Below, in pieces: positions 11,777-24,290 of a stretch of DNA of 64,000 nucleotides. Below the pieces are notes generated by a model, which did no database searches, was not told where the DNA came from, and worked only from the letters and a program-made list of their open reading frames with translations. The stretch's first letter is position 1. Every line of letters starts with the position of its first letter. The translations under genes and the position numbers were made by a program. The stretch lies in NCBI GenBank assembly GCA_963843845.1, contig CAWJMB010000002.1, forward strand, positions 2,560,001-2,624,000, written 5' to 3'. This stretch comes from an uncultured Gemmatimonadaceae bacterium. Lineage in GTDB: Bacteria; Gemmatimonadota; Gemmatimonadetes; Gemmatimonadales; Gemmatimonadaceae.

Positions 11777-12573
11777 GACGGGGGAGTGGCGGAGCGAAGT
11801 GCGGGCGGCCGGAGCTCGTACAGCAGCACCGCCGCAGCGACCGCCGCGTTCAGCGACTCGACGATCGGCGCGATCGGCACGGCGACGAGCCGCTCGGCGC
11901 GGCGACGTGCCTCGTCGCCGAGGCCCGCCCCTTCGTTGCCGATCGCGAGCAAGAGACGACCCGGCCGGCGCGGCGCCACCACGGCGATCGCGTCGCCGTC
12001 GCCGGCCGCTCCCCACAGCGCCGTGCCCGGCTCCGCGAGCCAGACGTCGACCTCGGCCCAACTCGCCTGCGCGAGCGGCACCTGGAAGTGCGCACCCATG
12101 CCGCTCCGGACGACCTTCGCGCTCCACAGGTCCACCGTGCCCGGCATCGCCACGAGGCCGGCGGCGCCGAACGCGGCCGCGGCACGCAGGATCGTCCCGG
12201 CGTTCCCGGGGTCCTGGAGCGAGTCGAGCGCGACCACCGGCGCACCGTCGCGCGCGTGCGCCAACACGCGTGGCGCGTCCGACGCCGGCTGCGCCGCCAC
12301 GGCCAGCACCCCCTGCGGCGTCTCGGTGTCGGCGGCCGTCGCGAACTCCGCCTCGCTCACGGTGGCGACGGGGACGGCGCGCGCATCGAGCGCCGTGCGC
12401 GCCGCGCGCCCGCGCGCCGTCGCCTCGAATGCGGCGGTCACCAGCGCACCGCGAACCGGAAGCGACGACGCGAGCAGCGCCTCCACGGCGCGAATCCCCT
12501 CGGCGACGAACAGGCGCTGCCGGTCGCGCGCGCGCCGACGCCGGAGGTCTCGCGCTAACGTCAGCAGCCGCAA
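11773..12573 (-). CDS. TrmH/SpoU family RNA methyltransferase
   Basis: LQDPGNAGTILR, IGNEGAGL, ESLNAAVAAAVLLYE. Confidence 0.92.
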   Translation of the reverse strand: MRLLTLARDLRRRRARDRQRLFVAEGIRAVEALLASSLPVRGALVTAAFEATARGRAARTALDARAVPVATVSEAEFATAADTETPQGVLAVAAQPASDAPRVLAHARDGAPVVALDSLQDPGNAGTILRAAAAFGAAGLVAMPGTVDLWSAKVVRSGMGAHFQVPLAQASWAEVDVWLAEPGTALWGAAGDGDAIAVVAPRRPGRLLLAIGNEGAGLGDEARRRAERLVAVPIAPIVESLNAAVAAAVLLYELRPPALRSATPPS

Positions 12574-12696
12574 AGCCTTACCAGAATCCGCCGGTCCGGA
12601 ATGGACCTTGCTCGATGGGGCCGGGTCGGAGAGAGCTCGGCGCGATCGCGTCGGCCTGGAGCACAGACAGATCCTTCAGCGAGCATCGGAGTCATC

Positions 12697-13524
12697 ATGC
12701 GACGTGCACTCGTGAACCGCGCCACCGTCGGGGCCGCGCTGGCGTTCAGCGCCGCGGCGTGCGGAGTCTCGCAGCAGCAGGAGATCGAGATGGGCGCGCA
12801 GTACGCGCAGCAGATCAACGCGCAGCTCCCGATCATCACCGATCCGCTCGTCAATCAATACATCAACACCCTCGGGCAGCAGCTCGTGCGGGTCGCCGAC
12901 ACGCGCGGACTGGAATGGCATTTCTACGTCGTCAACAGCCCCGACGTCAACGCGTTCGCCGTCCCCGGGGGATACATCTACATCAACCGCGGGCTCATCG
13001 AGCGTGCCGAGCGCATGGACCAGGTCGCGGGCGTGCTCGGCCACGAGATCGGTCACGTGACGAACCGCCACTCGGTGAAGCAGATGGAGCAGCAGAACGG
13101 CGCGCAGATCGGTCTCACGCTCGGCTGCATCCTTCAGCCGAGCATCTGCAACAGCCAGGTCGGCGCGACGGCGATCAACCTCGGGGCGAACGCAGTCTTC
13201 GCGAAGTTCAGCCGCGGCGACGAGGCCGAAGCCGACCAGGCGGGGATTCAGTACACGACGAAGGCGGGGATCGACCCGCGCGGGATTCCGGAGATGTTCC
13301 AGATCCTGTTGAACGAGCGGCAGACGCAGCCGGGCCTGCTCGAGGCGTGGTTCCAGACGCACCCGCTCGAGGAGAACCGCATTCGCGATACGCAGACGAC
13401 GATCTCGCGCTATGCGACGACGGACCTGAACCGGCTCACCCGCGACACGCAGAACTTCCAATCGTTCAAGGCGCGGCTGCGGTCGCTGCCGGCGGCACCC
13501 CAGCAGCGGCGCACCGGGCACTGA
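12697..13524 (+). CDS. M48 family metalloprotease lipoprotein
   Basis: Lipobox AAAC, VNAFAVPGG, HEIGH, EAEAD, THP. Confidence 0.9.
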   Translation: MRRALVNRATVGAALAFSAAACGVSQQQEIEMGAQYAQQINAQLPIITDPLVNQYINTLGQQLVRVADTRGLEWHFYVVNSPDVNAFAVPGGYIYINRGLIERAERMDQVAGVLGHEIGHVTNRHSVKQMEQQNGAQIGLTLGCILQPSICNSQVGATAINLGANAVFAKFSRGDEAEADQAGIQYTTKAGIDPRGIPEMFQILLNERQTQPGLLEAWFQTHPLEENRIRDTQTTISRYATTDLNRLTRDTQNFQSFKARLRSLPAAPQQRRTGH

Positions 13525-13616
13525 GCCGTGCGCCGTGCCGCACGGCGTGAGGAGGCTCGCTGCGAGCGCCGATCGCACGGCGAGCTTCCTCCCCCCGTTC
13601 GGGATGGCGACCCGAG

Positions 13617-14474
13617 CTAGAGGCGCCGGACGAACTCGCCGACCAGCGCGCGGAACTCACGTCCGACCCGCGCGCCGACGTCGAGCACCTCGGCGTGGTC
13701 GAGCGGCTGCTCGCCGATGCCGCACGCGAGGTTCGTGATGCACGAGACGCCGGCGGCACGCATGCCTAACGCATTCGCGACGATCACCTCGGGCACGGTG
13801 GACATGCCGACGGCGTCGGCGCCCAGGGCGCGGAGCATGCGGACCTCGGCCGGCGTCTCGTAGGTGGGACCCAACAGACCGGCGTAGACGCCAGACTGCA
13901 CCTCGACGCCGACCGCGCGCGCAGCCTCGTCGAGGACGCCGCGGAGCTCGCGGTCGTACGCGTTCGACATGTCGGGAAAGCGCGCGTCGGTCGGTTGCCG
14001 TGGACCGACGAGCGGGTTCCGGCCCATGAGGTTCAGATGGTCCGCGATGACCATGAGCGAGCCTGGGACGAGCGTCGGCGCGATGCCGCCGGCGGCATTG
14101 CTCACGAACAGCGTCGGCACGCCGAGCGCGTGCAGCACACGAGCCGGGAAGCCGGCGAGCGCCGCGGGGTGCCCCTCGTACAGGTGAAAGCGCCCGGCGA
14201 GCGCGACGACCTCGCGTCCCGCGAGCTGCCCGGTCAGTACCGCCCCCGCGTGCCCGACGATCGTCGCGTGCGGAAAGCCCGGCACCTCGCCGAAGGCGAT
14301 CCGCCGCGCGTCGACCAGGTCGTCGACGAGCGCGCCGAGCCCGGAGCCCAACACGATGCCGCACACGGGCTGCGCGACCCCGAGCCGTTCGCGAATGACC
14401 GCTGCCGCACGCTGCGCCGCCTCGGTGCCGTACGCCGCGGCCGCGGACGCTTCGCCGTCGAAGGCGTCGCTCAT
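13617..14474 (-). CDS. punA: Purine nucleoside phosphorylase (trimeric type)
   Basis: IVLGSGLG, GRFHLYEG, NAAGG, GPTYETPAE, VGMSTVPE. Confidence 0.93.
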   Translation of the reverse strand: MSDAFDGEASAAAAYGTEAAQRAAAVIRERLGVAQPVCGIVLGSGLGALVDDLVDARRIAFGEVPGFPHATIVGHAGAVLTGQLAGREVVALAGRFHLYEGHPAALAGFPARVLHALGVPTLFVSNAAGGIAPTLVPGSLMVIADHLNLMGRNPLVGPRQPTDARFPDMSNAYDRELRGVLDEAARAVGVEVQSGVYAGLLGPTYETPAEVRMLRALGADAVGMSTVPEVIVANALGMRAAGVSCITNLACGIGEQPLDHAEVLDVGARVGREFRALVGEFVRRL

Positions 14475-15511
14475 GCTGCCCCCTGAACGAGGGCCGCGAT
14501 CTCGGACTGCACGCGCTGGATCAGCACGCGACGCTGCTCGTACGGCAGGAAGGCGCTCTCGAATCCGTTCAGCGCGACCCGCGCCAGCTCGCCGAGCGTG
14601 AAGCCGAGCTGCCGATTCGCGTGCTCGTACTCGTCGACGAGTGTCGTGCCGCTCATCAGTCGGTTGTCGGTGTTGAGCACCACGTTCAGTCCCCGGTCGA
14701 AATAGCTGCGGAACGGGTGCGCCTCGTACGACGCCGCGGCGCGCGTCTGCACATTGGACGTGAGGCAGCACTCGACGCAGATCCGGCGGTCGTTGATGTA
14801 GTCGAACAGCGACGCGTCCTCGATGATGCGCGTGCCGTGCCCGACGCGATCGCAGTTGCAGACGTGGACGGCGTCGCGCACGCTCTCGGGGCCGAAGCCT
14901 TCGCCCGCGTGACAGGTGCACGCCATGTCGTTGTCGCGCACGAGCTGGAAGGCCGGCGCGAAGCGGCGCGCCGGGAACCCCGCCTCCGGCCCCGCCATGT
15001 CGAAGCCGACGACACCTCGGTCGCGGTAGGCGAGCGCGAGCCGCGCCTGCTCGACCGCGAGGTCGAGCGGCTGGTGCTTGAGACCGCAGACGATGACGCG
15101 CGCCGTGACGTCGCGGTCGCGCTCCGCGCGCCGCAACCCGCGCAGCGGCGCCTCGATCGCGGCGCCGAGGTCCAGCCCGTCGCGCGTGTTGAGCACGGGC
15201 GCGAATCGGACCTCGAGATAGCGCACGCCCTCGTCGGCCGCGTCGACGGCGAGCTCGTAGGCGATCCGCTCGAGCGCCGCCTCGGTCTGCATCACGGACA
15301 GCGTGATCTCGAACCGCGCGAGGTAGTCCTCGAGGTTGCGGGCGTCGTCGACGCGCATGTAGTCGGCGAGCGCCGCGGCGTCGCCGCGCGGCATCGCGAC
15401 CCCCAGCTCGTCGCCGAGCTCGATGAGCGTCTGGGGGCGCACGGAGCCGTCGAGGTGGCAGTGCAGCTCGGCCTTCGGCAACCGCACGAGCAGGTCGCGC
15501 GAGATCGTCAT
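14471..15511 (-). CDS. add: Adenosine deaminase
   Basis: PKAELHCHLDGS, HAGE, RVGHG, NTDN. Confidence 0.93.
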   Translation of the reverse strand: MTISRDLLVRLPKAELHCHLDGSVRPQTLIELGDELGVAMPRGDAAALADYMRVDDARNLEDYLARFEITLSVMQTEAALERIAYELAVDAADEGVRYLEVRFAPVLNTRDGLDLGAAIEAPLRGLRRAERDRDVTARVIVCGLKHQPLDLAVEQARLALAYRDRGVVGFDMAGPEAGFPARRFAPAFQLVRDNDMACTCHAGEGFGPESVRDAVHVCNCDRVGHGTRIIEDASLFDYINDRRICVECCLTSNVQTRAAASYEAHPFRSYFDRGLNVVLNTDNRLMSGTTLVDEYEHANRQLGFTLGELARVALNGFESAFLPYEQRRVLIQRVQSEIAALVQGAA

Positions 15512-15780
15512 GCGTGGTCGTCGGTCGGTGGCGCGCTCGCCTCGCGGCGCGCCGTGATGGTGCGGTAGATCGCGCCGCCGTGGACCGGCGAATCCGACGC
15601 GATCGGCAGGCCGCGCGAATCGACGATCGCGCGCTCGCCGGACGCGACGCGCGCCGCGTCGTCGGCGTCGTGCGCGCGGACGGCGTCGACGGCGCGCGCG
15701 CCCCGCGCCACGTTCACACCGCGCTCGTTGACGTACACGCGGACGTCGGGCGCGACCGCCGAGTCGTTCGGCCCCGTCAC
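15508..15780 (-). CDS. Small hypothetical protein, possibly beta-grasp fold
   Basis: Translationally coupled at both ends within the salvage operon. Pattern VRVYVNER...AVDAV...DSRGLPI. Confidence 0.7.
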   Translation of the reverse strand: MTGPNDSAVAPDVRVYVNERGVNVARGARAVDAVRAHDADDAARVASGERAIVDSRGLPIASDSPVHGGAIYRTITARREASAPPTDDHA

Positions 15781-17365
15781 GGCGCGCGCTCCGCCTTCAG
15801 CCGGAGCTCGTCCGGCGCGCGCACGGGCGAGCGGAGCGTGCCGAGGTAGCCGACGAGCGCGTCGAGGTCGACGATGTTGAGCGGCGTGACGGACGCCGCA
15901 CCGCGCGCGAGGGTCACGCCGTCGCCGCCGGTGACGAGGAAGTCGCTCATGACCACGGTGTACAGCCGGTCGTCAGCGAGCGGCGTTCCGTCGACCATCG
16001 TGATGGAGCCGATGCGGCTGCCCGCCGCCCGCTGCGGGTCGTAGACCATCGTCAGGCCGCTCACGTGGATGCGCGGGCGTGCCGACGCGGCGAGTCGGTC
16101 GAGGTACGCGCGGAGGGCGGCGCCGCGCACCGCGACCTTGTACAGCACGTTGCCGAACGGCGCGATCTCGAAGAGCGAGCCGTATGTCGCGCTGCCTCGC
16201 CGCAGGTCGGCGCGGATGCCGCCGTTGTTCATCAGCGCGACGTCTCCCTTCCCCGCCCACCGCTGCGCGTCGGCGATCAGATTGCCTAACGCGTACTGCT
16301 CGTCGTTCTCGCGCGCCATGTCGTCCGCGACGTCGGCGACGCGGCGGTTCACGCGGTCGGCGACCACCGCCACCGCGCGCCGCACGACCGCCGCGACCGC
16401 CGGCGGTACGCGCGTCGACGAATCGGCGACGACGTCGCGCACCTGCACGGCCGGGGCGTGGCGCCGTCGAGCGCGAGGTCGATGATGCCTAACGCGCGCC
16501 CCGTCGACCGAGCCTGCACGATCGGGATGCCGTTCACGACCACACCGATCGGCGTGTGGGTGTGGCCGCTCACGATCGCGTCGACCTTCTCGGTGACGGC
16601 GCGCGCGACGCTCACGATGTCACCGCGGCAGCCGCCCGGCAGCGTGTCGCTCGCCAGCTTCGCGTCGCAGAATGCGCCGCTGTGTGCCGTGACGATGACG
16701 ACGTCCGCACCCCGGCGGCGGAGTGACCGGGCGCGTGCGTCGATCACCGGCGCGAGCGAGTCGAAGCGGAGCTGCCGGACGTTCGCGGCGCGCGTCGTCG
16801 TCGGCGTCTCCGTGGACGCGAGCCCGACGACGCCGATCCGCACGCCGCCGCGCCGCACGATCGTGTCGGCGCGGAGCCACGGCACGGGGCGCCCGTCCGT
16901 ATACCGCACGTTCGCCCCGAGGATCGCGTACGGCGCCTCGCGGATGCGCGCGCGGAGCGTGTCGACCGACCAGTCGAACTCGTGATTGCCCAACGCCGCG
17001 GCGGAGAGGTCGAGCGCGCGGAACGCCGCCACGATCGGACGGCCGTACGCGAGGTTCGACGCGGGCGTGCCCTGGAACTCGTCGCCGCCGTCGAGCAGGA
17101 TCGACACGCAGTCGCCGCGGCACTCGGCGCGCGCCTGCGTGATCGCGGCGGCGAGCGGGCCGATGCCACCGCGCACGACGCCCTCGGCGTCGGGACGCGG
17201 CTCGAGCGCGCCGTGGACGTCGTTCGTCGCGAGGATGCGGAGTCGCCGCGGGCGAGCGGCAGGCGCCGACGCGTCCTTCTGCACGCGCGGCGACTGCCCC
17301 TCCGCGCTCGCCGCGAGCAGTGTGAGGAGGGCGCCGACGAGCAGCGGTCGAACGGGGGGTCGCAT
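15777..17365 (-). CDS. Secreted 5'-nucleotidase/metallophosphoesterase; frameshift near 16450
   Basis: Signal peptide, TNDVHG, DGGD, GNHEFD, SGHTH, then C-domain NNGGIRADL, PFGN, GGDG in the next frame. Confidence 0.88.
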
Positions 17366-17495
17366 GCCACAAACGTAGCGCCACGTTGACGCGTCGGGCA
17401 CGCCCGACGAGGATTCCGCATGCTCACCGCTCGCCGCGCCCGATACCTGACCGTGACAGCGGCCGTGCTACCGTGATCTCCGACGGACGGGCACC

Positions 17496-18210
17496 ATGAC
17501 GAAGCCGCTCATCATCGGAATCGCAGGCGGCAGCGGGTCCGGAAAGTCGACGGTCGCGCGCCGCGTCGCCGAGGCGTTGACCGAGGCCTCGGTGGCGTTC
17601 ATCGACATGGACGCCTACTACAAGAACTTCGCGCACCTGTCGATGAGCGATCGCCGGCGCGTGAACTGGGACCACCCCGACGCGCTCGACATCGATCTCC
17701 TCGTCGACCACCTCGCGCAGCTCCACGAGCGGCGAGGCGATCGAGAAGCCGGTCTACGATTTCGTGCAGCACGTCCGCGCCGCCCGCACCGTCGCCATCG
17801 CGCCGGCGGACGTCGTCGTCATCGACGGGATCCTGCTCTTCGTCGACGCGCGCGTCCGGTCGCTCTGCGACGTGAAGGTCTACGTCGACGCCGACGCCGA
17901 CGTCCGACTCATCCGCCGGGTGCGGCGCGATCTGTCACAGCGCGGCCGGCCGCTGGACGAGATCCTCGAGCAATATCTCTCGACCGTCCGCCCGATGCAC
18001 CTGCAGTTCGTCGAGCCGAGCAAGCGGTACGCGGACGTCATCGTTCCGCGCGGCGGCCACAACGCGGTGGCGATCGAGATGATCGTCGCGAAGATCCACC
18101 GCCGGCTCGGCGCGCGCCACGCGACCCTCACCCCGGCGGGGTCGACGGTCGTCATCGACGCACCGCTGCTCGACGCAGCGTCGGATACGGCGCACGGCGG
18201 GACCGCGTGA
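17496..18210 (+). CDS. udk: Uridine kinase; frameshift near 17735
   Basis: [39 protein letters not shown]. Confidence 0.92.
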
Positions 18211-18971
18211 GCACGCTGGTGCCGTCGATCGTCGACCGCGCGCCGGCCGAGCGCATCCTCGTCGTCGACGACGAGCCGGACATCGTCGCACTCGTCTACT
18301 ATCACCTCGCGAAGTCGGGCTATCGCGTGTCGACGGCGGCGAGCGGCGCGGAGGCGGTCGCGATCGCGTCGGCGCGAGCGGCCGGCGCTCGTCGTGCTCG
18401 ACCTCATGCTGCCGGGGATCTCAGCGGCTTCGACGTGCTCGAGCGCTGCGCGGCGACGACGCCACGCGCGGCGTCGGCGTGCTCATGCTGACCGCGCGGC
18501 GCGAGGAGCCGGACCGCATCCGCGGCCTCGCGCTCGGCGCCGACGACTACCTCACGAAGCCGTTCAGCCCGCAGGAGCTCGTGCTGCGCGTCGGCGCGAT
18601 CCTGCGCCGCGCTCGCCGGCGCGCCGCCGGAGCCGGTCGTCGGCGGCGATGTGCTGAGCGTCGGGCCGCTGCGCATCGACCGCGCGGCGATGACGGTCGA
18701 CGTCGACGGGCAGGCCGCGTGGAGCTCACGCGCGACCGAGTTCAAGCTGCTCGCTGACGCTCGCCGAGCGGCGCGGCCGCGTGCAGGCGCGCGAGCCATC
18801 TGCTCGAGACGGTGTGGGAGGCGGCGCCGGACATCCAGACGCGGACGGTGGACATGCACGTGCAGCGGCTGCGCACGAAGCTCGGCGCCGGCGGGCGATC
18901 TGATCGAGACGGTGCGCGGGTTCGGCTACCGCCTCCGCGCGCCGCAGCAGTCGCGGAGCGCCGAGCGCTAG
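18207..18971 (+). CDS. phoB: OmpR/PhoB family response regulator; several frameshifts
   Basis: [45 protein letters not shown] across frames. Pho-gene context. Confidence 0.78.
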
Positions 18972-18982
18972 CAGGATCGCCC

Positions 18983-20407
18983 GTGCGCGTCACGTGGCGC
19001 GTCGTCGCGTCGCTCCTCGGCGTGCTGCTCGTCGTCACCACCGTCGCACTGGCCGCGGTCGGCGCGACGCTGCGCGCCGCCGCCGACCGGGGCGCCCGCG
19101 ATCCGCTGGCCGCGCAGGCGGTGCTCGCCGACGCTCGCCTCGAGGTGGCGCTGCAGCGCGACGTGCTCGTCGCCGCGGTCGCCGGCCTCGCGACGCTCCG
19201 CCGCTCGTCTGGCTGCCGCCGCGCCGTCTCGCGCCCCCTCGCCGAGCTGCGCGACGTCGCCCGCGCGCTCGCCGCCGGTGAGCCGCGCGCGCCTCCCGGT
19301 CGACGCGCCCGGCGAGGTCGGCGACGTCGCGCGCGCCGTCGCCCGACTCGGCGAACAGGTCGGCGCCGGATGCGGGCGCGGCACGTGGAGAGCGAGCTGC
19401 TCGTGCGCGCTGAGCGAGTCGCTCACCGAAGGCGATCGTCGCGGTCGACGCGCGGCAGCCGTGGTCTACGTGAACGACGCCGCGCGCACGCTGCTGCGGG
19501 CTGCCGCGCGCGCGTGCCGTTCCCGCGCCGACCACCTGCCGCGCGACCGCGGAGCTGCGCGAGGCGCTCCGCGACGGGCTCGCGGGGCGTGCGACCGGGC
19601 CGGTGCGAGCTGCAGCTCGGCGAGCGCGTGCTCGCGCTGACGGCGCGACCGATCGCCGGCGGAACGCGGGCGCCGTGCATCGACGTTCTTCGACCTCACG
19701 CCGATCCGGCGGCTCGAGGCGATGCGGCGCGACTTCGTGGCGAACGTGTCGCACGAGCTGAAGACGCCGCTCACGGTCGTCGGCGGGTTCGCGGAGACGC
19801 TCGCCGACGAGAGCGTGCCGGCAGACGCGCGACGGCGCTTCGCGGAGACGATCCGGCGCGAACGCGCGGCGCATGCAGCGCATCGTCGACGACCTGCTCG
19901 ACCTGTCGCGCATCGAGAGCGGCGGCTGGCGCCCGCGCCCGAGCCGCTCGACGTCGCGCAGGCGGCCGAGGAGGCCTCGTCGCGGCGCGCGAGACGCGCG
20001 GTCGCGAAGGGGGTCGCGCTCGTCGTCGACGTCGCGCCCGACGCGCGACGGCGTGGGCGGACGCGACGGCGGTGCGGCAGGTGCTGTCAGCAACCTCGTG
20101 GAGAACGCCGTGCGCCACACCGCGGCGGGCGAGGTCGCGGTCGTCGCGCGCCGCGCCCGATCGCGGTGGCGACGGCATCTGGCTCGGCGTGCGCGACACC
20201 GGGGAGCGGGATCGCGCCGCAGCACCTGCCTCGCATCTTCGAGCGGTTCTACCGCGCCGACCCGGCCGATCGCGCGAAGCCGGCGGCACCGGGCTCGGCC
20301 TCGCCATCGTGAAGCACCTCGCCGAGGCGCACGGCGGCGAGGTGCGGGCGGAGAGCGCGGAGGGGGCGGGCACGACGATCGAAGTGTTCCTGCCGGACGC
20401 CGACTAA
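18983..20407 (+). CDS. phoR: PhoR-like HAMP/PAS histidine kinase; many frameshifts
   Basis: [45 protein letters not shown] across frames. Confidence 0.75.
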   Translation: MRVTWRVVASLLGVLLVVTTVALAAVGATLRAAADRGARDPLAAQAVLADARLEVALQRDVLVAAVAGLATLRRSSGCRRAVSRPLAELRDVARALAAGEPRAPPGRRARRGRRRRARRRPTRRTGRRRMRARHVESELLVRAERVAHRRRSSRSTRGSRGLRERRRAHAAAGCRARVPFPRRPPAARPRSCARRSATGSRGVRPGRCELQLGERVLALTARPIAGGTRAPCIDVLRPHADPAARGDAARLRGERVARAEDAAHGRRRVRGDARRRERAGRRATALRGDDPARTRGACSASSTTCSTCRASRAAAGARARAARRRAGGRGGLVAARETRGREGGRARRRRRARRATAWADATAVRQVLSATSWRTPCATPRRARSRSSRAAPDRGGDGIWLGVRDTGERDRAAAPASHLRAVLPRRPGRSREAGGTGLGLAIVKHLAEAHGGEVRAESAEGAGTTIEVFLPDAD

Positions 20408-20596
20408 CGAACGTCGGCCCGCGGCGTCCCACCATCGCGCGCAGAGGATGCTCGTCGCCGCGTCCGGCGTCACGCACGTCGGCGGCGACGGCTGGCGCGA
20501 ACCACCCCCGTGTGTCAGACTCGCAGCGGTGACCTCGGCGCGCGCCGACGCGTCGCTCGCACGACCCTCCTGGCGCTCCTTCCTCGCCGTCGCGCA

Positions 20597-22375
<1,779 letters not shown>

Positions 22376-22443
22376 GCGTGTAACTTCCCGTCGTCCCGAA
22401 CGGAGCGAGGGACGACGACGACGCGCACGCACCCGCCTAACGC

Positions 22444-24015
22444 ATGACCACCGAAGACTCCGTCCGCATCGCCGCGATCGACATCGGCTCGAACTCGATC
22501 CGGCAGATCGTCGCCGACGTCTCCCCCGGAGGCGAGATCCGCGTCGTCGACGAGATGAAGGCGATGCCCCGGTTGGGCGCCGGCGTCGACGAGAGCGGGA
22601 TGCTGAGCGACGCGTCGATGCAGGCCGCGCTCGTCGCGCTGGGCCGGATGGCGACGCTCGCCCGTCAGGTCGGCGCGCGGCGGCTCGACGCGGTCGCCAC
22701 GAGCGCCGTGCGTGACGCGGCGAACGGGGGCGCATTTCTCGAGCGCGTGCGCGCGGAGACCGGGCTGCGCGTGCGGCTGCTCACCGGCGAGGAGGAGGCG
22801 CGCCTCGCCTTCCGCTCCGCGCTCGCGCACTTCGAGCTCGGCGCGGGACGCACCGTCATCATGGACATCGGCGGGGGGTCGCTCGAGCTCGCGCTCTCCG
22901 CGGACGGGCTGCTCGACCGGCTGGAGTCGTTCCCGTTCGGCGCCATCCGCGCGACCGAGCAATTCCTGCGCGACGGCACGAAGGAGCGCACGCTGAAGGA
23001 GCTGCGCCGCGCCGTCCGGTGGGCCGTGCGCGACCGCCTGCCGGTGAAGGAGTGGCGAGGCGCGCGCGTGATCGGGTCGGGCGGCACGTTCACGAACCTC
23101 GCGGCGATCGTGACCGCACGTCAGGGGCTGCAGACGGCGCGAAGCCGCCACGGCACGGTCGTCATCCGCAACGAGGTCGAGCACGCGCTCGATCTGCTGG
23201 CGAGCATGAGTGCCGCCGAGCGCGCGGGGGTCCCCGGGCTGAATCCGGAGCGCGCCGACATCATCGTGGCCGGACTCGCCGTCGCAGCCGAGGTGATGAC
23301 GCTCTTCGAGTCGCGCGAGCTGCACGTGTCGAGTTACGGCATTCGCGAAGGCCTGCTGCTCGAGGCCGCCCGGGTGACGCCGCGCATCGCCGACCCCGGC
23401 GAGGCCCGCGAGCGGTCGGTGCGCACCTTCGCCGAGCGCACGCACTTCGAGGCGCCGCATTCGGAGCAGGTGCGCACGCTCGCGCTCCAGCTCTACGACC
23501 AGCTCGCGGCGCGGCTCGGATGCGAACCCGGCGATCGCGAGATCCTCGCCGACGCGGCGCTGCTCCACGACGTCGGCTACCACATCTCGTACGACTCGCA
23601 CCACAAGCACTCGTATCACCTCATCCTGCACGCCGACTTCCTCGGGATGACGCCGGCCGAGCAGGTGGCGGTCGCGAACGTCGCGCGCTACCACCGCGGC
23701 CCGACGCCGAAGAAGGCGCACGCGCAGTTCGGCGCGCTCGACCGCCCGCTGCGGCGTCGCATCCGGCGGCTCGCGTCGCTCCTGCGCGTCGCGGACGGGC
23801 TGGACCGCGGTCACGCCGGCGCGGTCGACCACGTCCTCGTGACCGCGACGAAGAAGCGCCTGCGGATCGAGACGGTGCCCGTTCCGGAGGCGACGTCGCT
23901 GCGGCTCGAGGCGTGGGGCGGGCAGCGGAAGAGCGATCTGCTCGCGAAGCTGTTAGGCACGCCCGTCGAGGTCGTCGAGCCTGACGCGGCGACGGTGCGG
24001 CCCGCGACGCTCTGA
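22444..24015 (+). CDS. ppx: Exopolyphosphatase Ppx/GppA with HD domain
   Basis: AIDIGSNSIR, ATSAVRDA, DIGGGSLE, GIREG, LLHDVG. Confidence 0.93.
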   Translation: MTTEDSVRIAAIDIGSNSIRQIVADVSPGGEIRVVDEMKAMPRLGAGVDESGMLSDASMQAALVALGRMATLARQVGARRLDAVATSAVRDAANGGAFLERVRAETGLRVRLLTGEEEARLAFRSALAHFELGAGRTVIMDIGGGSLELALSADGLLDRLESFPFGAIRATEQFLRDGTKERTLKELRRAVRWAVRDRLPVKEWRGARVIGSGGTFTNLAAIVTARQGLQTARSRHGTVVIRNEVEHALDLLASMSAAERAGVPGLNPERADIIVAGLAVAAEVMTLFESRELHVSSYGIREGLLLEAARVTPRIADPGEARERSVRTFAERTHFEAPHSEQVRTLALQLYDQLAARLGCEPGDREILADAALLHDVGYHISYDSHHKHSYHLILHADFLGMTPAEQVAVANVARYHRGPTPKKAHAQFGALDRPLRRRIRRLASLLRVADGLDRGHAGAVDHVLVTATKKRLRIETVPVPEATSLRLEAWGGQRKSDLLAKLLGTPVEVVEPDAATVRPATL

Positions 24016-24024
24016 CTCGCTGCT

Positions 24025-24275
24025 CGGCCCGACTCGCCGCTGAACGGCGGGACGCGCCGGAGGCTGCGGAACGCACCGGGGGCAGCGGGATGTGTCGTGC
24101 GGGCTGTCGGCCAGCCGGCAAGCGTGCGCCGGTCGCACCCCGCCGGGACGGTTCCACCCGGACCCTGCTCGTGCCTTCCGCGGGTGCGGTTGCGTTTCGC
24201 GACGTCAGTCGCGTCCCGAGCGTGCAGCCCCGCCGTATCGCCCCGAGTCCCGCCGCTCAGCGGTGCGTCGCGCCG
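24025..24275. ncRNA. Candidate structured RNA or MITE-like element with long terminal inverted repeats
   Basis: 24025-24053 pairs with 24247-24275; the 17-bp core has one mismatch. Internal hairpins are present. Confidence 0.35.
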
Positions 24276-24290
24276 TTCGGGACCGGACGG

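Noticed and set aside
9212..12715. Very long ORFs antisense to or overlapping real genes (e.g. 9212-12715 +, 2999-4966 +, 40342-42603 -, 49740-51983 -)
   Set aside because: These are Arg/Ala-rich shadow ORFs expected in high-GC DNA. The opposite frame carries the recognisable protein.
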